A DNA stretch of 64,000 nt from an uncultured candidatus Brocadiaceae bacterium (GCA_964434535.1 CAYSWA010000002.1:78184-142183), one strand, 5' to 3'. Positions 35,951-45,510 are shown, counted from the stretch's first letter. Notes: generated from the letters alone by a model not told the origin. Program-made: numbers and translations.

Positions 35951-35980
35951 ATTATAGGCCAAGCCGCGCGGCCAAGTCAA
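35951..35980 (-). promoter_or_regulatory. putative strong promoter about 185 nt upstream of the 35761 gene
   Basis: Minus strand reads TTGACT-N18-TATAAT. Confidence 0.5.
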
Positions 35981-36210
35981 ACTCACGGCGGGACGCACCG
36001 TACGTGGCGAAACTGGCGCGTCATAAGTTCGACCGCCGCCCGATGCCCGCCCTGTGCCGGACGCGGGCGCTCGGGACGACGCCTTTGTGGGACGGCGCAG
36101 CGGGGGCCCATGGGCAACACGCAACGAGACGGCCCCCCCTCGCTTGCGATGCGCAGCGCCGGCCCGTAGACTCCGCCCCCGTTGCCCCGACTGCCTCGTT
36201 AGCCACGCCC

Positions 36211-37140
36211 ATGCCCTTCGACAAGACGAGCATCGATGAACAGACGGCGACCCGCCTGCTGCGCCGCCTGAGCGGCCGCGAGCTGAGCGTCACCGCCGTG
36301 CGGCGCCTCCACGGCGGCATGATCAACAGCGTGCTGGAGCTCGTCACCGACGGCGAGCCCGCCCGCGTCGTCGCCAAGCTCTCCGCCGAGCCGGGCAACG
36401 GCGGCTTCGAATGGGAGTGCCGCGTGCTCCGGTGGTATCGCGAGCATACGGCCTTCCCCGTGCCGGCGCCTTACGGGGTCGATACCTCCGGCGAGCTCTT
36501 CCCCGGCAGTTGCCTGATGATGGAGCGCCTGCCGGGTGAGAACCTCGGGCACGCGCGGCTCTCGCCCGCCGGGCGGGCGGCCGTCGAGCGTCAGATGGCC
36601 GAAGTCCTCGCCCGCCTGCACGAGCAGAGGCGGGGCTCCTACGGCAGCGCGCTGGAGCCGGAGCGCGAGGGCCCCGAGCGCTGGCTCGACCGGTTCGGCC
36701 CGCGCATCCGGGGGGAGTTCGAGGCCGCGCGCGACCGCCTCAGCCCCGAGGCCCGCCGGGCCGTCTCCCGCGTGCTGGAGCGCCTGGAGGACTGGCTGCC
36801 GCAGGCAGGGCAGCCGACGCTGGTCCACGGCGACCTCTGGGCCACCAACATCATCGTCGACCCCGACGCCCCCGGCGGGCCGCGCCTGAGCGGATTCGTC
36901 GACGGCGGCTGCGACTACTGCGACGTGGAATACGAGCTCGCCTACCTGCTGGTCTTCCACACGGTGGGCGGCGAGTTCTTCCGGGCTTACAGCCGTCGCC
37001 ATCCGCTCCGGCCGGGCTTCGAGCGGCGCTGCCGCCTCTACTGGCTCAACACGATGCTGCTGCACGTGCGGGTCTTCGGCGACGCGCACTACGTGAGCGC
37101 CTGCGAGCGCCTGGCCCGCGAGCTGGAGCGGCTCGAGTGA
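36211..37140 (+). CDS. fructosamine kinase / aminoglycoside phosphotransferase-fold kinase
   Basis: Start at MPFDKTSIDE. LVHGDLWATNIIV catalytic loop and DGGCDYCDVEYELAYL. Part of ORF 35887..37140. Confidence 0.85.
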   Translation: MPFDKTSIDEQTATRLLRRLSGRELSVTAVRRLHGGMINSVLELVTDGEPARVVAKLSAEPGNGGFEWECRVLRWYREHTAFPVPAPYGVDTSGELFPGSCLMMERLPGENLGHARLSPAGRAAVERQMAEVLARLHEQRRGSYGSALEPEREGPERWLDRFGPRIRGEFEAARDRLSPEARRAVSRVLERLEDWLPQAGQPTLVHGDLWATNIIVDPDAPGGPRLSGFVDGGCDYCDVEYELAYLLVFHTVGGEFFRAYSRRHPLRPGFERRCRLYWLNTMLLHVRVFGDAHYVSACERLARELERLE

Positions 37141-37158
37141 GCCGGCCGGCCCGCGTAC

Positions 37159-37188
37159 TTGACAGGCCGCGCCGGGACCCCGCAAGAT
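37159..37188 (+). promoter_or_regulatory. putative promoter of the GH130 gene
   Basis: TTGACA-N18-CAAGAT. The -35 context CCGCGTACTTGACAGGCCG is nearly identical to that at 61852. Confidence 0.45.
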
Positions 37189-37234
37189 GGCAGCCCCCTG
37201 GCACAGGCCATCAACCCCTGGGAGGAGCGCACAG

Positions 37235-38221
37235 ATGGCGGACCTGAAGATCGTCGGCGAAGCCGTGCCCAACATGCCCTGGCAGGACAGGCCCGAGGGC
37301 TGCACCGACGTGGCGTGGCGCTACACGGAGAACCCGATCGTGCCCCGCGACGCGATCCCCTGCTCCAACAGCATCTTCAACAGCGCCGTGGTGGCCTTCG
37401 AGGGCAAGTTCGCCGGGGTCTTCCGCATCGACCACCGCACGCGCCGCATGATGCTCCACACCGCCCGCAGCGAGGACGGCATCCGCTGGCAGATCGAGCA
37501 CGACCCGATCGAGTTCGCGTGCGACATCCCAGAGCTTCAGAACTTCCTCTACGGCTATGACCCCCGCGTCTGCCGCCTGGAGGGGCGCTACTACGTCCAC
37601 TGGTGCAACTGGTACCACGGCCCGACCATCGGCCTGGCCTGGACGGAAGACTTCGAGACCTACCACCAGATGGAGAACGCCCTGCTGCCCTTCCAGCGCA
37701 ACGGCGTGCTCTTCCCGCGCAAGATCGGCGAGCGGTACGTCATGCTCAACCGCCCGAGCGACAACGGGCACACGCCGTTCGGCGACATCTTCCTGAGCCA
37801 GAGCCCCGACCTGGTCCACTGGGGCGAGCACCGCTACGTGATGGGCACCGCCGGCGGCTGGCAGAGCACCAAGGTCGGCCCCGGCCCCACGCCGATCGAG
37901 ACCAGCGAGGGCTGGCTGCTCATCTACCACGGCGTGCTGACCTCATGCAACGGGTTCGTCTATAGCATCGGCGCCGCCCTGCTCGACCTGGAGCAGCCCT
38001 GGAAGGTGATCGCCCGCACCGCCCCCTACATCCTGAACCCGCGCACCTACTACGAGTGCGTCGGCGACGTGCCGAACGTCGCCTTCCCCTGCGCGGCGAT
38101 CTGCGACGCCGAGACCGGCCGGCTCGCCATCTACTACGGCGGCGCCGACACCGTGGTGGCGCTCGCCTTCGCGAAGGTCGACGAGCTGGTCGAGTTCACG
38201 CGGCAGAACTCGACCGTCTGA
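37235..38221 (+). CDS. GH130-family glycoside phosphorylase/hydrolase (beta-mannoside type)
   Basis: Start at MADLKIV after GGAGGAG. NSIFNSAVV, YGYDPRVC, RNGVLFPRK, GWLLIYHGV and YYGGADT are typical GH130 blocks. Confidence 0.88.
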   Translation: MADLKIVGEAVPNMPWQDRPEGCTDVAWRYTENPIVPRDAIPCSNSIFNSAVVAFEGKFAGVFRIDHRTRRMMLHTARSEDGIRWQIEHDPIEFACDIPELQNFLYGYDPRVCRLEGRYYVHWCNWYHGPTIGLAWTEDFETYHQMENALLPFQRNGVLFPRKIGERYVMLNRPSDNGHTPFGDIFLSQSPDLVHWGEHRYVMGTAGGWQSTKVGPGPTPIETSEGWLLIYHGVLTSCNGFVYSIGAALLDLEQPWKVIARTAPYILNPRTYYECVGDVPNVAFPCAAICDAETGRLAIYYGGADTVVALAFAKVDELVEFTRQNSTV

Positions 38222-38243
38222 GTGGCGCGGGCGCAGGCGCGGC

Positions 38244-38272
38244 TTGACGCCCCGGCCCGGCGGGCCTACCAT
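38244..38272 (+). promoter_or_regulatory. putative promoter of the PEBP gene
   Basis: TTGACG-N17-TACCAT, 47 nt upstream of ATG 38319. Confidence 0.45.
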
Positions 38273-38318
38273 CGCCCGCGGCGAGAGCCGCACATCCATT
38301 CACGGAAGGGGGCAGCGC

Positions 38319-38759
38319 ATGGAACTGACCAGCACGGCGTTCGAGCAAGGCGGCAGCATCCCGTCCGAGCATACCTGCGACGGACAGAACACCTCCCCCC
38401 CGCTCTCCATCGGCGACGTGCCGGAGCGGGCGGTCACCCTGGCGCTGGTCATGGACGATCCCGACGCGCCGGGCGGCACGTTCGACCACTGGGTGGTCTG
38501 GAACATCCCGGCGGACACGCAGCACATCCCGGCCGGCACCGAGCCGGAGGGCGTCCAGGGGCGCACGGACTTCGGCAACCTCGGCTACGGAGGCCCCTGC
38601 CCGCCGAGCGGCACGCACCGCTACATGCTCAAGCTCTACGCCCTCGACACGGAGCTCGGCCTGGCAGAGGGGTCGCGCAAGGAAGACCTGGAGCATGCCA
38701 TGGAGGGGCACGTCGTGGCTGAGGCCCTGCTCCAGGGCAAGTACCGGCGCTCCCGCTGA
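38319..38759 (+). CDS. YbhB/YbcL-family PEBP (Raf-kinase-inhibitor-like) protein
   Basis: MELTSTAF..G..IP...TCDG.N.SPPL, DDPDAP.GTF.HWVVWNIP and YGGPCPP.G.HRY. Confidence 0.9.
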   Translation: MELTSTAFEQGGSIPSEHTCDGQNTSPPLSIGDVPERAVTLALVMDDPDAPGGTFDHWVVWNIPADTQHIPAGTEPEGVQGRTDFGNLGYGGPCPPSGTHRYMLKLYALDTELGLAEGSRKEDLEHAMEGHVVAEALLQGKYRRSR

Positions 38760-38783
38760 GGCGGCCTGTTGCCGCCACCGCCT

Positions 38784-39527
38784 TCAGACCAGCAGCCCGC
38801 CGTTGCGCAGGATGTAGCCGAGCCGGTCGGGCAGGTCCGGCTCCGCCTGGATCTTGGCGGCCGTCTTCGAGGGGTCGTACTCGGTGCGGCGGAAGACGAC
38901 GCGGTCCTTCACCATGCTGAAGCTGGCCTGGAGGCGCGGCACGAAGGAGAAGCTGTAGCGGATGTCCTCGATCGTGGCGTAGGCCGGGCGCCAGTCGCCG
39001 TCACGGGGCTGGCCCACGCTGCCGGCGTTCATCACCTTGCTGTTGAAACCGTGCGAGAGGGGGATGTGCGTGTGGCCCAGCGCCAGGCGCAGGCCCGGCA
39101 CCCGTCGCAGCAACTCCTCGTAGTGCTCGTCGTTGTAGTAATAGTCGAGCACGTAGGTGTTGAGCATCTCCTGCGGCGTGCCGGGGCAGCCGTGGACGAC
39201 CGACAGACCGTCCACGTCGAGCCGCAGGGGGAGGCTGCGCAACCACTCGACGTTCTCATCGCTGAGGCGCTCGTGCGTCCAGTAGAAGGACTGGCGGGCC
39301 AGCGAGCTGCACGGCTCGATGCCCTCCAGCGTGGCGCACGTGTTGTCGTGGTTGCCCTTGACCGCCTGGACGCCGTAGTGGCGCAGCAGCTCGCAGCACT
39401 CGTTGGGGTTCGGGCCGTAGCCGACCACGTCCCCGCAGCAGATGATGCGGTCCGCGCCCTCTATCTCGTCCAGAACGGCCTGTAGTGCCTCCAGGTTAGC
39501 ATGGACATCGGAGATGATGGCGATCAT
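38784..39527 (-). CDS. metallophosphoesterase-family protein (YfcE/MJ0936-like)
   Basis: MIAIISDVHAN, CCGDVVGYGP, GNHD, GHTH and NAGSVGQPRDGD. Confidence 0.88.
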   Translation of the reverse strand: MIAIISDVHANLEALQAVLDEIEGADRIICCGDVVGYGPNPNECCELLRHYGVQAVKGNHDNTCATLEGIEPCSSLARQSFYWTHERLSDENVEWLRSLPLRLDVDGLSVVHGCPGTPQEMLNTYVLDYYYNDEHYEELLRRVPGLRLALGHTHIPLSHGFNSKVMNAGSVGQPRDGDWRPAYATIEDIRYSFSFVPRLQASFSMVKDRVVFRRTEYDPSKTAAKIQAEPDLPDRLGYILRNGGLLV

Positions 39528-39632
39528 GAGACATGCTGCACGCGGTATGAAGAGATGATTGCGCCCGGTTGCCCGGTCGCGCGTCGATTGCCTCCAGTCT
39601 ACCCCAATGCCCCCCGCCGCGCAACGGCTCGC

Positions 39633-41105
39633 CTACGGCGCGTGGTCGACGATGAGGCGGCACAGCTCGTCGACGGTGCGGCTCATCGAGTAGGTGCCGG
39701 GCGGGTTCTCCGTGTCGTTGATCAGGATGGAGAAGGCGACCTGGCGGCCGCTGCGCGCCGTGGCGTAGCCGCTCAGCGCCCCGACCCCGTTCAGGTAGCC
39801 GGTCTTGGCCCGGACGTTGCCCGCGTAAGGCGCCTCGGCGAGCCGGCCATCGAGCGTGCCGTCCAGCCCGGCCACCGCCAGCAGGGGGGTGAGGTCGGCC
39901 CCGCGCCGGCCCTTCCGCATGCGCCACAGCAGCGCGGCGAGCAGCTCGGCCGTGTGGCGGTTGTTGCGCGAGAGGCCGCTGCCGTCGGCGACCTGGAACT
40001 GCCCGTCGGTGAAGCCGAGCTCCCGCAGCACGCCCTCCGCCCGCGCCGCGCCCGAGGGCCAGGAGCCCCGCCCGACCGCCTCCGCCCCGATCGTCTTGAA
40101 GACCTGCTCGGCGTAGTGGTTATGGCTGCGCTTGACCATTCGGCGCAGCACCGGCGCGAGGGCGGCGCGGCGCACCAGCAGCGGCTCGCCGCGCACGGCG
40201 GGCGGTCGGGCGGCCGGGGCCACGCGCGCGGGCCCGCCGACGGCGATCCCCTCGGCCTCCAGCGCCTGGCGGAGGGCGCGGGCGGCGTAGAGCGGCGGGT
40301 CGGGCACGGTCACCTCGTGGGAGTAGCCCTCGCGTCCGGCGCGGATCCGCCCCCCGACCCGGACGGTCCATGAGCCGGGCTCGCGGTCGAACCAGACGGC
40401 GTGCTTATCCGCCGAGGTCGTGCACGTGACGCGCAGGCTGACCGCCGCCGATGCGGGGTGGACCTCGGCCATGGCCGCCGCTCCCGGCGCGCCGCCCGGC
40501 CGCACGGTCATCGTCACGCAGTTGTCGTTGATCGAACTCGCCGAGACGGGAGCGTAATACCACTTCCAGGCGGGATAGCCGCCCCAGTCGGGATGGCGAA
40601 AGGTCCGGTCGAAGAACGCGTCGTCGGCCACCACGCCGCCTTCGATGCGCTCGATGCCCCTGGCGCGGAGCACGCGCGCCCAGCGGCGCATGACGGCCAG
40701 GGCGTCCTCCTCGTCGTGGCGCCCGCCGATCGTCGGGTCGCCCCCGCCGCGCAGCACCAGGTCGCCGCGCAGCACGCCGCCCGCGACCGGCCCCGTCCCG
40801 TAGAGGGCGGTGGTGAACTCGTAGTGCTCGCCGAGCGCTTCGAGAGCGGCAGCGGCCGTAACGAGCTTCGCGTTCGAGGCGACGATCAGGCGCCGGGCGG
40901 CGTTGCGGCTGTAGAGCACCCGGCCGTCGGCGAGGTCCAGCACGTGGACGGCGACCGTGGCCCTGGCCAGCGGGCCGGCCGAGAGCTTCTCCTCCACCCG
41001 CGCGGCCAGCTCGGAGGCGGCGGCCGTCTCGGCGCAGAACAGGGCCGCCAGCGCGAACGCGAGGGGGGCGATGCCCCACGAGCGCCTCTCGGCATTGGCC
41101 GCCAT
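39633..41105 (-). CDS. dacB: D-alanyl-D-alanine carboxypeptidase/endopeptidase (PBP4, peptidase S13)
   Basis: Start at MAANAERRSWGIAPLAFALAALFCAETAAA (signal peptide). ASNAKL (SxxK), SHN and KTGYL motifs. Part of ORF 39633..41300. Confidence 0.88.
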   Translation of the reverse strand: MAANAERRSWGIAPLAFALAALFCAETAAASELAARVEEKLSAGPLARATVAVHVLDLADGRVLYSRNAARRLIVASNAKLVTAAAALEALGEHYEFTTALYGTGPVAGGVLRGDLVLRGGGDPTIGGRHDEEDALAVMRRWARVLRARGIERIEGGVVADDAFFDRTFRHPDWGGYPAWKWYYAPVSASSINDNCVTMTVRPGGAPGAAAMAEVHPASAAVSLRVTCTTSADKHAVWFDREPGSWTVRVGGRIRAGREGYSHEVTVPDPPLYAARALRQALEAEGIAVGGPARVAPAARPPAVRGEPLLVRRAALAPVLRRMVKRSHNHYAEQVFKTIGAEAVGRGSWPSGAARAEGVLRELGFTDGQFQVADGSGLSRNNRHTAELLAALLWRMRKGRRGADLTPLLAVAGLDGTLDGRLAEAPYAGNVRAKTGYLNGVGALSGYATARSGRQVAFSILINDTENPPGTYSMSRTVDELCRLIVDHAP

Positions 41106-41320
41106 TGCAGGCCCCTCTCCCCTTGCGAGCGCAGGTCCCCAGTCTGCGGCAATCGGGCGGCGCCGCGCAACCGAAGGTCCCAACCGTCCCCGTCGAAACG
41201 GGTTACGCCGCCGGCCAAACCAGCCCGTTTGGCGCCGGGCCGGCGCTGTCGGCGCGGGGCGCAATGCCGTACAATAGAGGCCCATGGGGAAACCGACCAC
41301 ATGCGGGGGGCGCGCCGACG

Positions 41321-43483
41321 ATGCTTAGCGAAGAAGACGTGCTGACGCTCGTCAAGGCGCCGGACTACCGGCAGATGCGCACCGGGGAGCTGGCGCAGGA
41401 GCTCGGCGTGGCGGAGCAGGAGATGGAGGAGTTCGTCGCCCTGCTGGAGGGGCTGGAAAGGCGGGGCGAGCTGGTCAAGGTCAAGAAGCGCCACTGGGTC
41501 GGCCCTGAGCAGGCGGGGCTGGTGACCGGGCGGCTGCAGTGCAATGCGCGGGGGTTCGGCTTCGTCATCCCCGTCAAGGAGGAACAGGAGCAGGACGTCT
41601 ACGTGGCCGAGGAGGACATGGGCGAGGCCATGAACGACGACCTGGTGGTGGTGGAGGTCCACCGCAAGAAGCCCCGGCGCGGCCGGCGCGGCCGCAGGGA
41701 CCTCGGCCCCTCCGGCCGCGTCATCAAGGTGCTGGAGCACCGCAACCGGCTGGTGATCGGCACGTTCGTGCCGGGGCGGAAGTTCGCGCGGGTCACCCCC
41801 GACAACCCCCGCCTGTTCCGCGACGTCTACGTGCCCGTCGACGAGGCGATGGACGCGCAGGCCGACGACCAGGTAGTGGTGGAGCTGAGCGCCTGGCCGA
41901 CGCTGCACCGCAACCCCGAGGGCGAGGTGCGCGAGGTGCTCGGCCGCACCGGCGAGCCCGGCGTGGACGTGCGCTCGGTGATCTTCGAGTTCGGCCTGCC
42001 CCGCCAGTTCCCCGACGAGGCCCTGCGCGAGGCCGAGCAGCTCGTCGGCGAGCCGACGCCCCGGCAGATGGAGGCCCGCCGCGACTTCCGCACCCACCCC
42101 GCCGTGACCATCGACCCCGAGGACGCCAAGGACTACGACGACGCCCTCGCCCTCTACCGCCACCCGAACACCGGCCGCCGCGTCGTGCTGGTGCACATCG
42201 CCGACGTCAGCCACCACGTGGCGCCCGAGAGCGCGCTCGACGCCGAGGCCCGCCGCCGGGGCATGAGCGTCTACCTGGCCAACGAGGTCGTGCCCATGCT
42301 CCCCCACGAGCAGAGCCGCGACATCCTGAGCCTGGTCGAGGGCGAGAACCGACTGGCCAAGACGGCGGCGCTGGAGTTCGACGACGAGGGCGAGCTGGTC
42401 GACTATTCGCTGCATCACTCGGTGGTCAGGATCGACCGGCGCATGACCTACACCGAGGTGCAGGAGGTGCTCGACGCGCTGGAGGCCGAGGAGCCGGCCG
42501 CCGCCTCAGCCGCCGAACGCCTGCCCGAGCCGATCTTCCGGCTGCTGGTGGAGCTGGACGAGCTGGCCGGCCAGCTGCGCCGGCGCCGCCGCCAGGTCGG
42601 CTCGGTCGACCTCGACGTGGCGGAATACGACGTGAGCATCGGCGAGGACGGGCGGGTGATCGGCGTCTCGCAGATCGTGCGCGACCGCTCGCACGGGCTG
42701 GTCGAGGAGTTCATGCTCGCCGCCAACCGCGCCGTGGCCGACCTCATGGTGCGGCGCAAGCTCCCCGCCCTCTACCGCGTCCACGAGCCGCCGGTCGAGG
42801 AGGACCTGGAGGAGTTCGCCGCCTTCGTGCGCACCGTCGTCGGAAGGGCCGTCAACCCCCTGGACCGCCGCCAGCTCCAGGACCTGCTGGCCGAGGTGGC
42901 CGGCACCCACCTGGCCGACGCCGTCAACATGCAGCTACTGCGGGCCATGCAGCGCGCCGTCTACAGCCCGCGCTGCGCGCCGCACTTCGCCCTGCACTTC
43001 GAGCGCTACTGCCACTTCACCTCGCCCGTGCGCCGCTACCCCGACCTGCTGGTCCACCAGGTGCTGGACCGCTTCCTGCGCGACGGCGAGGGCCCCGGCC
43101 GGCTGATGGAGCAGTGGAAGCCGAAGCTCCAGCCCATCGCCGCGCACTGCAACGAGATGCAGCAGCGCGCCGACGAGGCCGAGCGGGAGATCGTCAAGAT
43201 CAAGCTCCTGCGCTACCTGGAGGACCACGCCGAGGAGATCTTCGACGGCGTGGTCACCGGCGTGCAGGAGTACGGGCTGTTCGTGCGGCTGGAGGACTTC
43301 TCGGTCGAGGGGCTCGTCAAGGTGCAGGACATCCGGGGCGACTTCTACCGCCTTGACGAGCGGGCCCAGGCCCTCACGGGCACGCGCACGGGGCGCAAGT
43401 TCGTCCTCGGCCAGCCCCTGCGCGTCAGCATCAAGCGCATCAACATGGCGCGCCGCCAGCTCGACCTCGTGCTCGAGGACTGA
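41321..43483 (+). CDS. rnr: ribonuclease R
   Basis: Start at MLSEEDVL. RNB domain TIDPEDAKDYDDAL, IADVSHHV, HFALHFERYCHFTSPVRRYPDLLVH, and a C-terminal S1 domain. Confidence 0.93.
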   Translation: MLSEEDVLTLVKAPDYRQMRTGELAQELGVAEQEMEEFVALLEGLERRGELVKVKKRHWVGPEQAGLVTGRLQCNARGFGFVIPVKEEQEQDVYVAEEDMGEAMNDDLVVVEVHRKKPRRGRRGRRDLGPSGRVIKVLEHRNRLVIGTFVPGRKFARVTPDNPRLFRDVYVPVDEAMDAQADDQVVVELSAWPTLHRNPEGEVREVLGRTGEPGVDVRSVIFEFGLPRQFPDEALREAEQLVGEPTPRQMEARRDFRTHPAVTIDPEDAKDYDDALALYRHPNTGRRVVLVHIADVSHHVAPESALDAEARRRGMSVYLANEVVPMLPHEQSRDILSLVEGENRLAKTAALEFDDEGELVDYSLHHSVVRIDRRMTYTEVQEVLDALEAEEPAAASAAERLPEPIFRLLVELDELAGQLRRRRRQVGSVDLDVAEYDVSIGEDGRVIGVSQIVRDRSHGLVEEFMLAANRAVADLMVRRKLPALYRVHEPPVEEDLEEFAAFVRTVVGRAVNPLDRRQLQDLLAEVAGTHLADAVNMQLLRAMQRAVYSPRCAPHFALHFERYCHFTSPVRRYPDLLVHQVLDRFLRDGEGPGRLMEQWKPKLQPIAAHCNEMQQRADEAEREIVKIKLLRYLEDHAEEIFDGVVTGVQEYGLFVRLEDFSVEGLVKVQDIRGDFYRLDERAQALTGTRTGRKFVLGQPLRVSIKRINMARRQLDLVLED

Positions 43484-43516
43484 GCGCGCCGAGGCGGGCC
43501 GGCCGGCGGGCCGGCG

Positions 43517-44497
43517 CTACATCCCCCCCTCTTCTCCACCCGTGCGCTGGCTGATGCGGTGGCGCGGCTTCTCGATGGTGACCGTCGTGCCCGGCTCGAC
43601 CGAGTGGCTCAGGATCACGTTCGCCCCGATCACCGAGCCCCGCCCCACCGTGATCGGCCCCAGCAGGCTGGCGTTGGAGTAGATGATCACGTCGTCCTCG
43701 ACGGTCGGGTGCCGCTTGTAACCGCGCAGGAGCTTGCCCTCCTCGTCCTTCTTGAAGCGGTAGCCGCCGAGGGTGACGCCCTGGTACATGCGCACGTTGT
43801 CGCCGATCTCGCTCGTCTCGCCGATGACCACGCCGGTGCCGTGGTCGATGAAGAAGCTGCGCCCGATCCGCGCGCCCGGGTGGATGTCGATGCCGGTGAC
43901 GCGGTGGGCGTGCTCGGTCATGATGCGCGGCAGCCAGGGCACGCCCTGCGCGTGCAGTTCGTGGGCGATGCGGTGGACCATGACCGCGCGGAACCCGGGG
44001 TAGCAGAAGATGACCTCGTCCCAGCCGGTCGCCGCCGGGTCGCCCTGGTAGGCGGCGCGCACGTCGGCGTCGAGCATCTCCAGCAGCACGGGCAACCGCT
44101 CCAGCAGGCGGTAGGCGTGCCAGCGAGCCTGCTCCGCGCATTCCTCGCGGTCGGCGGGGCCGCCGTCGTGGCGGTCGTGCACCAGGCAGCGGGTGATCTC
44201 CTCGCCGAGCTGCTCGTAGGCCGTGGTGATGGTCTCGCCGACGTGGTAGGCGAGCGTCGTCTCGGCCAGGGCCTTCTTGCCGAAGTAGCCCGGGAAGAGC
44301 GCCTCGGCGAGCAGGTCCAGGACGCGGATCACCGTCCCCTCGCTCGGCAGCGCGTAGTGGCAGACGTGCTGCACCTTGTCCCGCGCGGCGAGCGCCCGCA
44401 GCACGGACTCCACCACGCCGGGCAGGTCCTCCTTGTAGGGATAGAGCGGAGAGGAGTCGGCGTGGGCGCCGCGCCCCGGTGTGTCGTCTGCACTCAT
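43517..44497 (-). CDS. cysE: serine O-acetyltransferase (long N-terminal form)
   Basis: Hexapeptide-repeat core IHPGARIGRSFFIDHGTGVVIGETSEIGDNVRMYQGVTLGG. Confidence 0.88.
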   Translation of the reverse strand: MSADDTPGRGAHADSSPLYPYKEDLPGVVESVLRALAARDKVQHVCHYALPSEGTVIRVLDLLAEALFPGYFGKKALAETTLAYHVGETITTAYEQLGEEITRCLVHDRHDGGPADREECAEQARWHAYRLLERLPVLLEMLDADVRAAYQGDPAATGWDEVIFCYPGFRAVMVHRIAHELHAQGVPWLPRIMTEHAHRVTGIDIHPGARIGRSFFIDHGTGVVIGETSEIGDNVRMYQGVTLGGYRFKKDEEGKLLRGYKRHPTVEDDVIIYSNASLLGPITVGRGSVIGANVILSHSVEPGTTVTIEKPRHRISQRTGGEEGGM

Positions 44498-44899
44498 CGG
44501 TGCCTCCAGCCTGGCGATGGGGGGGGGAAGGGCCGGGCCGTATTCTCGCGCCCCTTCCCCGCGAAATCAACCGCGCTGCCCATGCTCGTGGTTCATCGCC
44601 TGCGGCTCTTGGCGGGCTCGCCGGACGGGCCGCGCCGCGACAGCCTATTCGGTACCACGTTCGAGCCCGAACGTAACAATGCCCGCCGCGACGTTTTTTT
44701 CCGCGGGGACAGCCCCCCCCCAGCGAGCAGGCCCGGCCGCGGGACGGCCGCCCGGCAGAGCCCGCGGCGGCGCGCCGACGCCCCGCTAAAGCGCCGGGGC
44801 ACAAGGCCTTAGCGCGAGCCGCCCTACCCGATGCACATTTGCCCTCCACGGTGCTTCTTGCCCGATCCACGCGAATCTAGCGAAATCCGAACAAAAGGC

Positions 44900-44928
44900 T
44901 TGACTCACTATATCTTGTGCGCTAACAT
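44900..44928 (+). promoter_or_regulatory. putative sigma70-type promoter of nrdR-nrdD operon
   Basis: TTGACT-N17-TAACAT in the only AT-rich patch of the 536-bp spacer. Confidence 0.55.
44906..44919 (+). promoter_or_regulatory. NrdR box 1
   Basis: CACTATATCTTGTG matches the published NrdR-box consensus CACwAtATaTwGTG at 13 of 14 positions. It lies in the spacer of the putative nrdR promoter. Confidence 0.7.
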
Positions 44929-44937
44929 ACTCTAGTG

Positions 44938-44951
44938 CTCAAGATGTAGCA
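44938..44951 (+). promoter_or_regulatory. NrdR box 2 (weaker)
   Basis: CTCAAGATGTAGCA matches the consensus at about 8 of 14 positions. Its centre is 32 bp from the centre of box 1, the spacing typical of tandem NrdR boxes. Confidence 0.4.
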
Positions 44952-45033
44952 CCAACGGGGCCAGGCCGGAGATCGCCATAAGCCCCTTGGCGCACGGAGT
45001 TTAGCGGAGAAGACGCCCCGCAGGAGCCGCCCC

Positions 45034-45510
45034 ATGCAGTGCCCCTACTGCCACGAGGACGACGACCGGGTCGTCAACTCCCGCCCCTCCGCCGACGGCA
45101 CCTACGTGAAGCGGCGACGCGAGTGCAACCGCTGCGGGCGCCGCTACACCACCTACGAGCGGATCGAGATGAGCGTGCTCCGGGTGATTAAGAAGGACGG
45201 CAAGCGGGAGGACTTCTCGCACCAGAAGCTGCGGGCCGGCCTCAACAAGGCGTGCTACAAGCGCCCCGTCTCCGCCGAGCAGATCAACGAGCTGATGGAG
45301 GAGATCGAGCGCGAGCTCCACCGCCAGCACGAGGGGGAGGTGCCCTCGCGCGCCATCGGCGAGCTGGCCATGCAGAAGCTGCGCGAGCTGGACCAGGTCG
45401 CCTACATCCGCTTCGCGTCCGTCTATCGCGAGTTCACCGACGCAGAGGACTTCGTCGAGGAGGCGGACACGGTGCTCAAGGGCGCCGGGGGACGGCTGCG
45501 CCGCAGTTGA
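45034..45510 (+). CDS. nrdR: transcriptional repressor NrdR
   Basis: MQCPYCHEDDDRVVNSRPS....RRRECNRCGRRYTTYE zinc ribbon plus an ATP-cone. Confidence 0.96.
   Translation: MQCPYCHEDDDRVVNSRPSADGTYVKRRRECNRCGRRYTTYERIEMSVLRVIKKDGKREDFSHQKLRAGLNKACYKRPVSAEQINELMEEIERELHRQHEGEVPSRAIGELAMQKLRELDQVAYIRFASVYREFTDAEDFVEEADTVLKGAGGRLRRS

Noticed and set aside
38784-39527. Metallophosphoesterase as a component of a nuclease-type defence system.
   Set aside because: It is a single small YfcE-like gene lying between PBP4 and PEBP genes, with no ATPase or SMC-like partner adjacent.
44648-44668. ACGTTCGAGCCCGAACGT resembles a tRNA T-arm (GTTCGAGCC).
   Set aside because: It is a 7-bp stem with a 4-nt loop, not a 5-bp stem with a 7-nt loop. 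No acceptor, D or anticodon arms flank it.
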